A stretch of DNA of 64,000 bases from positions 17,299 through 81,298 of the forward strand of contig JACPSQ010000086.1 in assembly GCA_016193195.1 (NCBI GenBank), in the 5' to 3' direction. Shown here piece by piece: positions 57,952 to 64,000 of the stretch (positions are counted from its first letter, which is position 1; each line of letters starts with the position of its first letter). The notes under the pieces are model-generated. The model searched no databases, had not been told where the DNA came from, and was given only the letters and a program-made list of their open reading frames with translations. The stretch is from Candidatus Omnitrophota bacterium. Lineage in GTDB: Bacteria > Omnitrophota > Gorgyraeia > Aquiviventales > Aquiviventaceae. Both the position numbers and the translations under genes were made by a program.

Positions 57952-59180
57952 GCCTTGCGACGGCAGCGGGGAGGGAGGAGGCGCTCGAGTCGAAGTACGG
58001 GCTGCCACGCCAGGTCGTGTTCTGCAGGCGATGTGTCATGTCGAATCAGCGTCCCTGTTCTTCAATCGAATTCCTCCACACGAACACCCACAAGCATCGG
58101 CACCTCCACATTGATGAAGCAGGCGTCTGCGATGCCTGCCGGATGGCTGGGCAAAAAGAGCAGATTGACTGGAACCAGCGCGAGCAGGAGCTGCGGCAAC
58201 TCCTCGACCAGCACCGCCGGAGCGATGGAGAGTACGACTGCCTCGTGCCGGGCAGCGGTGGGAAGGACAGCTGCTATGCGGCGCACATCTTGAAGTACCG
58301 CTACGGCATGCACCCACTGACCGTGACGTGGCCCCCAGGCCTCTACACCGACATCGGCTTGAAGAACTTCCATAGCTGGATCACCGTGGGGGCGTTCGAC
58401 AACGTGACCTTCAGGCCCAATGGCCGCGTTCATGCGCTGTTAACCCGCCTCTCGATTGAGAACCTTCTCAACCCGTTCCAGACGTTCGTCCTCGGCCAGA
58501 AGAACCTTGCGCCGAAGGTGACGATGCGCTACGGGATCAAGCTGATCTTCTACGGCGAGAACGAGGCGGAGTACGGCAACCCGATCGCAGACAACACCAG
58601 CTCCCTGCGTGATCGGGCCTACTACGCGTTCAACGATCTCTCGCGGGTCCACCTCGGGGGCGTGTCGGTGCCGGAGTTGCGGGAGCGCTACGGCCTGACG
58701 CTCAACGATCTGCTGCCCTATCTGCCGGCGGACCCTCTCGAGCTTGAGCGCTCAGGGATTGAGGTGCGGTACCTCGGCTACTACCTGAAGTGGACGCCGC
58801 AGGAAGCCTACTACTACGCCGTCGAGCACTGTGGCTTTGAGGCGAATCCCTTTCGGACGGAAGGCACGTACAGCAAGTACAACAGCCTTGACGACAAGGC
58901 GGACGGGCTCCACTACTACACGGCCTACATCAAGTTCGGGCTTGGACGGGCCAGCTCCGACGCCTCGCAGGAGATCCGCAACAAGCACCTCACGCGCGAG
59001 GAGGGGGTCGCCCTTGTGCGCCGGTTCGACGGGGAATTTCCGGAGCGCTATTTCCGCGAAGTAATGGAGTCTATTGGGATGGCGCCGGAGCAGTTCCTCG
59101 AGTTGTGCGACGAATTTCGCTCACCCCATCTGTGGCGGAAGGAGGGTAACACATGGCAGCTTCGCCACCAGGTCTCCTAG
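57948..59180 (+). CDS. N-acetyl sugar amidotransferase (WbuX/PseA/PtmG family)
   Basis: 'CRRC', 'CDAC', PP-loop 'SGGKDS', 'YGENEAEYG', 'KFGLGRA...S.EIR', 'FDGEFP'. Confidence 0.9.
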   Translation: MSLATAAGREEALESKYGLPRQVVFCRRCVMSNQRPCSSIEFLHTNTHKHRHLHIDEAGVCDACRMAGQKEQIDWNQREQELRQLLDQHRRSDGEYDCLVPGSGGKDSCYAAHILKYRYGMHPLTVTWPPGLYTDIGLKNFHSWITVGAFDNVTFRPNGRVHALLTRLSIENLLNPFQTFVLGQKNLAPKVTMRYGIKLIFYGENEAEYGNPIADNTSSLRDRAYYAFNDLSRVHLGGVSVPELRERYGLTLNDLLPYLPADPLELERSGIEVRYLGYYLKWTPQEAYYYAVEHCGFEANPFRTEGTYSKYNSLDDKADGLHYYTAYIKFGLGRASSDASQEIRNKHLTREEGVALVRRFDGEFPERYFREVMESIGMAPEQFLELCDEFRSPHLWRKEGNTWQLRHQVS

Positions 59181-59327
59181 CAGGCTGCGGAAATACTCGG
59201 CTCACACCACAGATGACACAGAATGTCCACAGAAGCACAGAGCATTGCTCGTCGAGAACCCCTCTGTGGCTCTGTGGCGTTTCTGTGGTTTTGTGGTGTC
59301 ATCTGGGGTTTTTCAGCACCCTGCTAG
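59177..59327. mobile_element. MITE/REP-like non-coding element with imperfect terminal inverted repeats, CTAG flanks and an internal CACAGA/TCTGTG hairpin
   Basis: CTAG at 59177-80 and 59324-27; ends CAGGCTGCGGAAATAC vs revcomp CAGGGTGCTGAAAAAC (13/16); CAGATGACAC (59210-19) pairs with GTGTCATCTG (59296-305). Confidence 0.65.
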
Positions 59328-59341
59328 ACTAACACCGTGCG

Positions 59342-60430
59342 ATGCACACGGACCTGACGACGTTCTGCGTCAAGGCCACGGACCCGCTCCGGGCGGTCGT
59401 GGCCCAGATGGATCGCAATCGCCTGGGCATCGCCCTGGTCATCGATGAAGCGCGGCGGCTGGTTGGCGCGGTCACCGATGGGGACGTCCGCCGTGCGATC
59501 CTGAGCCGGTTGGAGTTCGAGCGGCCTGTTGAAACCCTGCTGGCCCGGAAGGCGGGAACCGCCCATGCGAAGCCGATCACAGCGCGCCAAGGTGCCGATC
59601 GGCAGACGCTGCTCAACGTGCTGCAACAGCATCGGATTCTGCACCTGCCCCTCGTGGATGAACAGCAGCACGTCGTAGGACTGGTGACGCTGGATGAGTT
59701 TGTGCCGGAGAAGGCGTTGCCGATTCAAGCGGTGGTGATGGCGGGGGGGAAGGGGAGCCGCCTGCATCCCCTGACCAACGAGTTGCCCAAGCCGATGTTG
59801 CGGGTGGGCGACCGGCCGGTGTTGGAGATCATCATCGGGCAGTTGCGCGAAGCCGGCATCCGCCAGGTCAAGGTGACGACGCACCATAAGACGGAGAAAA
59901 TCGCCGGGCATTTCGGTGACGGGAATCGTTTTGGGGTGGAGCTCTCCTATGTGGAAGAAGATCATCCCCTGGGCACGGTCGGCGGGCTGGGCCTCTTGGA
60001 GGTTCCAAAAGAGACGACCCTGGTGATCAACGGCGACATCCTGACACGAGTGGATTTCCGGGCGATGCTCCTCTACCACCGAGAGCACCAGGCCGATCTG
60101 ACCGTCGCCGTCCGTCAATACGATGTGAGGGTCCCCTACGGGGTCGTCGAATGTGAGGGGCCAAACGTGCGCAAGATCAGCGAGAAACCCGCCCTCATCT
60201 TGTTTATCAACGCGGGGGTCTATCTGCTTGAACCGGCTGTCTACCAGTATATCCCGAACGGCCAGCGCCTTGACATGACTGACCTGATCCAGCGGCTCCT
60301 CAGCGAGGGGCGAAGCGTCGTGAGCTTTCCGATCCGGGAGTATTGGCTTGATATCGGGCAACGTGAAGACTACGAGCAGGCGCAGGCCGACGTCAAGGAG
60401 TGGGCCGTGGCCAAGCAGGTGACAGGATGA
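59342..60430 (+). CDS. CBS-domain sugar-1-phosphate nucleotidyltransferase (PtmE-like)
   Basis: Tandem CBS 'VTDGDVRRA'; 'MAGGKGSRLHPLT..PKPM', 'PLGTVG', 'NGDIL', 'WLDIG'. Confidence 0.9.
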   Translation: MHTDLTTFCVKATDPLRAVVAQMDRNRLGIALVIDEARRLVGAVTDGDVRRAILSRLEFERPVETLLARKAGTAHAKPITARQGADRQTLLNVLQQHRILHLPLVDEQQHVVGLVTLDEFVPEKALPIQAVVMAGGKGSRLHPLTNELPKPMLRVGDRPVLEIIIGQLREAGIRQVKVTTHHKTEKIAGHFGDGNRFGVELSYVEEDHPLGTVGGLGLLEVPKETTLVINGDILTRVDFRAMLLYHREHQADLTVAVRQYDVRVPYGVVECEGPNVRKISEKPALILFINAGVYLLEPAVYQYIPNGQRLDMTDLIQRLLSEGRSVVSFPIREYWLDIGQREDYEQAQADVKEWAVAKQVTG

Positions 60431-61413
60431 GTCTGTGGACAGGCAAGGCGGTGCTGGTTACGGGAGCGGGTGGATTCATCGGCAGCCACCTGGCCGAGCG
60501 GCTGGTCGAGCTAGGCGCCTACGTCAAGGCCCTGGTCCGCTATCGCTCCAACGGTTCATGGGGTTGGCTGGATCAGATACCGGCGAGAGAGGCAGTTGAG
60601 GTTATTGCAGGCGACCTCTGCGATCGAGAGAGCGTCAGGCAAGCCCTGAAAGGCGCGCAGGTAGTCTTCCACCTCGCCGCGTTCATCGCCATCCCGTATT
60701 CGTACCAGGTCCCCGAGACCTTCGTCCTGGTTAACATCGGGGGGACGCTGAACCTCCTGCAGGCCGCGCGCGACTACGGGGTGGAGCGATTCATCCACAC
60801 CTCCACCAGCGAGGTGTACGGGACCGCCCGCAACGTGCCGATTGACGAATCCCACCCGCTCCAGGCCCAATCACCCTATGCGGCGTCCAAGATCGCCACG
60901 GACAAACTGGTCGAATCCTTCCATCTGTCCTTCGATCTGCCCACCGTGACGGTGCGGCCGTTTAATACGTTTGGCCCCCGACAGTCGGCTCGTGCGATTG
61001 TGCCGACGATCATCACGCAGTGCTTGACCGACACGACCGTGCGCGTCGGCAACCTGACGCCGACCCGTGATATGAATTACGTGAGCGACATCGTCCAGGG
61101 GTTTGTGCGAGCGGCCGAATGTCCCGAAGCGATTGGCCGGACCTTCAACCTCGGCTCAGGGCGCGAAACCAGCATGGCTGATCTCGTGGGCTTGATCGCC
61201 GCCCTGATGGGCAAGTCGCCGGCGATGGCGGTGGAAGACAGCCGGATCCGTCCGGCCCACAGTGAAGTGGAGCGGCTGGTCGCCGACAGCACCGCCGCTC
61301 GAGCGGTCCTGGGATGGGAACCGATCGTGTCGCTTGAAGAAGGGATCCGACTCACGTTCGAGTGGATTCAGGAGCATCTGGATGCCTACCGTCCGGGCAT
61401 GTACGTCCTCTGA
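60427..61413 (+). CDS. legB: NDP-GlcNAc 4,6-dehydratase (LegB-like)
   Basis: 'TGAGGFIGSHL', 'HLAAFIAIPYSY', 'STSEVYGTA', 'QSPYAASK', 'PFNTFGPRQSARA'. Confidence 0.85.
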   Translation: MSLWTGKAVLVTGAGGFIGSHLAERLVELGAYVKALVRYRSNGSWGWLDQIPAREAVEVIAGDLCDRESVRQALKGAQVVFHLAAFIAIPYSYQVPETFVLVNIGGTLNLLQAARDYGVERFIHTSTSEVYGTARNVPIDESHPLQAQSPYAASKIATDKLVESFHLSFDLPTVTVRPFNTFGPRQSARAIVPTIITQCLTDTTVRVGNLTPTRDMNYVSDIVQGFVRAAECPEAIGRTFNLGSGRETSMADLVGLIAALMGKSPAMAVEDSRIRPAHSEVERLVADSTAARAVLGWEPIVSLEEGIRLTFEWIQEHLDAYRPGMYVL

Positions 61414-62632
61414 GCCTCGGGAGGGTACGAAGGGGCGGTGGATTCCGCTGAGCGAGCCGCATCTCGCCGGCAACGAGTGGAGGTATCTCAAGGAGTGCCT
61501 GGACAGCGGCTGGATCTCATCGGCCGGGCCGTTTGTGGAGCGGTTTGAGCAAGCGTTTACCACATACATCAGGGACGGCCGACCGGGAACCCCTGCCGTC
61601 GGAGTCGTCAACGGCACCGCAGGTTTGCATGTAGCACTGCGCGCCGCGCTGGTACAGCCTGATGATGAAGTGCTGGTGCCAACGCTGACCTTTATTGCGC
61701 CGGTCAACGCGATCCGTTATTGCCAGGCGCATCCGGTCTTCATCGATGCGGATCCGCTGACGTGGCAGATTGACGTGAAGCAGGTGGAAGCATTTCTCGA
61801 ACGCGAGTGCGAGGTGAGGCCGGATGTTCCGGGCCCGGGCGTATCGACCAAGACATGTTGGAACAAGCGGACAAAGCGGTGCGTGCGGGCGATCATCCCG
61901 GTACACCTGCTGGGTTTGGCTTGCGATATGGAGCCGCTGATGGCGCTGGCCAGGCGATACCATTTGCGCGTTGTTGAGGACGCCTGCGAAGCGATCGGAG
62001 TGCGTTATGGTCCTTTTCATGTTGGCACACGGGGCCACCTGGGGGTCTTTAGCTTTAACGGGAATAAGACGCTGACGTGCGGCGGCGGGGGGATGGTGGT
62101 GGCGCGCAAGCCATACGCCGACTATGTGCGATACCTGACGACCCAGGCGCGGGATGGTTCGCGGGAATATTATCATCAGGAAATTGGCTACAACTATCGG
62201 CTGACGAACCTGCACGCGGCGATTGGCTTGGCGCAACTGGAGCAGGCGGAGCGGTTGCTGGCGCGCAAACGAGCCATCGCCGCGGCGTACGAACAGGCCC
62301 TGCGCGACGTCGACGGGATCACGCTGATGCCGGCGCCTCCGCACACCGAGCCTGGCTATTGGCTGTACACCATCCTCCTGAGGGAAGGCACGACGGTGGC
62401 TCAGCGCAACGCCGTGCTGGATCGGTTGGCCGCGGAAGATATCGAGGCGCGGCCGTTGTGGCAACCAATCCACACGCAGCCGCCCTACCAGGGCTGCCAA
62501 CGCGCCGGCTCGATGACGGTGGCCAACGACGTGTACGAGCGGGCCGTGAGCCTCCCAAGCAGCGTCGGATTGAACATGGTGGAGCTTGAGCGGTGCGTTG
62601 AGGTCGTTCGCCGGCTTCTTGCAGGAGCATGA
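61382..62632 (+). CDS. legC: PLP-dependent aminotransferase (LegC-like)
   Basis: 'IPLSEPHLAGNEWRYLKECLDSGWISS', 'NGTAGLH', 'EDACEA', 'SFNGNK...GGGG', 'GYNYR'. The exact start is uncertain. Confidence 0.85.
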   Translation: MPTVRACTSSEPREGTKGRWIPLSEPHLAGNEWRYLKECLDSGWISSAGPFVERFEQAFTTYIRDGRPGTPAVGVVNGTAGLHVALRAALVQPDDEVLVPTLTFIAPVNAIRYCQAHPVFIDADPLTWQIDVKQVEAFLERECEVRPDVPGPGVSTKTCWNKRTKRCVRAIIPVHLLGLACDMEPLMALARRYHLRVVEDACEAIGVRYGPFHVGTRGHLGVFSFNGNKTLTCGGGGMVVARKPYADYVRYLTTQARDGSREYYHQEIGYNYRLTNLHAAIGLAQLEQAERLLARKRAIAAAYEQALRDVDGITLMPAPPHTEPGYWLYTILLREGTTVAQRNAVLDRLAAEDIEARPLWQPIHTQPPYQGCQRAGSMTVANDVYERAVSLPSSVGLNMVELERCVEVVRRLLAGA

Positions 62633-62732
62633 CAGCCTTCATTGAGCGTTTGACCCTGCTTTTTCTCTGGTGAGGCAACGCAACGCCGCGAATTTTTGAT
62701 CAGCACGCGTGCCATATTCTTGGTGTAACCGC

Positions 62733-63710
62733 ATGAAGGTATTCATCAATCCCGAAAGGTCAAAACGGGTGATTACAACAATAGCGATCGGCGACGATTA
62801 CTACAACCCATGGAAAAAATACGCATTCCCGACATGGAAGAAATATTGTGAGCGGTACGGTCTGGGGTTGATTGTGTTCGATGCTGACTTGATTCCAAAG
62901 GACAGCAAAATATGGAAAAAGCCAACCTGGCAGAAGTTGCTTATTGGCAATGCGTTGAAGCGTACGTTGCCGGCCGTGACCGAGGTTTGCTACCTCGATA
63001 GCGACACCTTGATTAACTACACGGCTCCGAATGTGTTTGATGTCTATATCCCTGGAACCATCGGGTTGGTATCTTCACTGAAAAACTTGCCCTATTCCCT
63101 GGAAGAGGTATTACGGCGCATCGCATTTTTCAGACACAATTGTTATGATCAACGTTACCCCCTAGATTCCGCGTTATTCATTTCCGTGGAGCGTTATTAT
63201 CAGTTTCATGGGCTGGCGCCTCAAGCCGACATTGCATGTATGGGGATGTTTCTATTCAATGTGAGCGATCACGCGGAGTTGATGGGAGACTGGTTTTCTA
63301 AATACGACCGGCAGGTACAATCAATGTCGGGGGGCGGTGAAGGAGCCCATCTGAACTACGAGATGCAAAGTTGGGGAAACATTTGTTGGCTTGATTACAA
63401 ATTTCAGGCGATATGGACTTATGAAATGGCTTGGAAGTATCCATTTTTATATGATTTCGGTCGAAGAAAGAAGGCGTTGATCAGAGAATGTATCGAGGCG
63501 TCGCTTTTTACAAATTATTTCTTACATTTTGCCGGTTCTTGGTATGAGAACGATATGTGGCAGGTGGGTGGGGTGCTTGTGGATCTACGCCAAAGAAAGA
63601 AATTCGAGGATTTCAGTGAATATGTAAGACGTCCTGTATCTGGCGAACCAGTGGGAATAATAAAGCCAAAGAAAACTGACCGTCTCCTGAGGCGGCGCCG
63701 GCCCAATTAA
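62733..63710 (+). CDS. AT-rich hypothetical protein, possible GT-A glycosyltransferase
   Basis: 'WKKYCERYG', 'WQKL', DxD in 'YLDSDT', 'FLHFAG'; markedly lower GC than its neighbours. Confidence 0.6.
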   Translation: MKVFINPERSKRVITTIAIGDDYYNPWKKYAFPTWKKYCERYGLGLIVFDADLIPKDSKIWKKPTWQKLLIGNALKRTLPAVTEVCYLDSDTLINYTAPNVFDVYIPGTIGLVSSLKNLPYSLEEVLRRIAFFRHNCYDQRYPLDSALFISVERYYQFHGLAPQADIACMGMFLFNVSDHAELMGDWFSKYDRQVQSMSGGGEGAHLNYEMQSWGNICWLDYKFQAIWTYEMAWKYPFLYDFGRRKKALIRECIEASLFTNYFLHFAGSWYENDMWQVGGVLVDLRQRKKFEDFSEYVRRPVSGEPVGIIKPKKTDRLLRRRRPN

Positions 63711-63726
63711 GGTAGAAAGTACAATA

Positions 63727-64000
63727 GGCTTATGCACTTGACGCCGGTACCCCCCACCGGTAGTATCGGCGGGGATGGACGACTACCCGAGGACGTTGAT
63801 GGAATTCGAGCGGCGCTTCTCCACCGAGGACGCCTGTCGGGCGTACCTGGTCCAGCTGCGCTGGCCTGATGGGATCTAGTGTCCCCGCTGCCATCAGCGG
63901 AAGGCATGGGCCATCACGCGTGGCCGGTACGAATGCGCACGGTGTGGCTTCCACATCTTCGTGTTGGCCGGCACGATCTTTCAAGATACGAAGCAGCCGC
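63727..64000 (+). mobile_element. IS1595-family insertion sequence, left end (runs off the window)
   Basis: Candidate left end GGCTTATGCACTTGAC; TTGACG-N17-TAGTAT at 63738-63766; transposase N-terminus downstream. Confidence 0.7.
63775..64000 (+). pseudogene. IS1595-family transposase with an in-frame TAG (partial)
   Basis: Manual translation MDDYPRTLMEFERRFSTEDACRAYLVQLRWPDGI*CPRC...YECARC...LAGTIFQDTK gives an IS1595 Zn-ribbon N-terminus. The stop is at 63877-63879. Confidence 0.78.

Noticed and set aside
59181-59323. CRISPR array, tRNA or simple rho-independent terminator
   Set aside because: The repeats are 6-mers in inverted arrangement without unique spacers, there is no cloverleaf, and the structure is much longer than a terminator and bounded by TIR-like ends.
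62696-62720. Promoter TTGATC...TATTCT upstream of the AT-rich gene
   Set aside because: The spacer is only 13 bp, so it is not supportable.
63877-63879. TAG recoding (pyrrolysine or alternative genetic code)
   Set aside because: TAG is used as a normal stop in several genes here (ends at 1882, 30311, 41019, 42204, 59180). A nonsense mutation is simpler.
1-64000. Taxonomic assignment of the host
   Set aside because: There are no marker genes in the window, and glycan loci are mosaic and horizontally exchanged.

Overview
This is a GC-rich bacterial window almost entirely occupied by one giant surface-glycan (O-antigen/glycoprotein-type) biosynthesis locus. The left end holds a GT-C membrane glycosyltransferase, a UDP-glucuronate decarboxylase and a convergent three-gene unit (polysaccharide deacetylase, formyltransferase, GT4). 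Back-to-back sigma70-like promoters and two perfect TGTTCA-N5-TGAACA palindromes precede a MarR-like regulator. The regulator heads a roughly 57 kb co-directional, mostly translationally coupled run of about 57 genes. The first part of the run is an unusually rich higher-carbon/branched sugar toolkit: transaldolase, GmhA, GmhB, two nucleotidyltransferase-kinase fusions, two split transketolases, a stand-alone E1 alpha/beta pair, and a Gfo/Idh/MocA plus Cys-less UDP-glucose-dehydrogenase pair reminiscent of lincosamide octose LmbZ/LmbL. It also carries many SDRs, four SAM methyltransferases, four radical SAM enzymes (three with B12-binding-type domains, one of which lies in the second part), a pyranose mutase and a 2OG-Fe(II) oxygenase. 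The second part is a complete legionaminic-acid-type nonulosonate pathway with an amidotransferase triad, a Maf-like gene and an embedded B12 radical SAM gene. The window also contains a CTAG-flanked MITE-like hairpin, an AT-rich terminal gene and a stop-disrupted IS1595-like transposase at the right edge. No rRNA, tRNA or CRISPR array was seen. All calls come from motif recognition by eye, not database searches.
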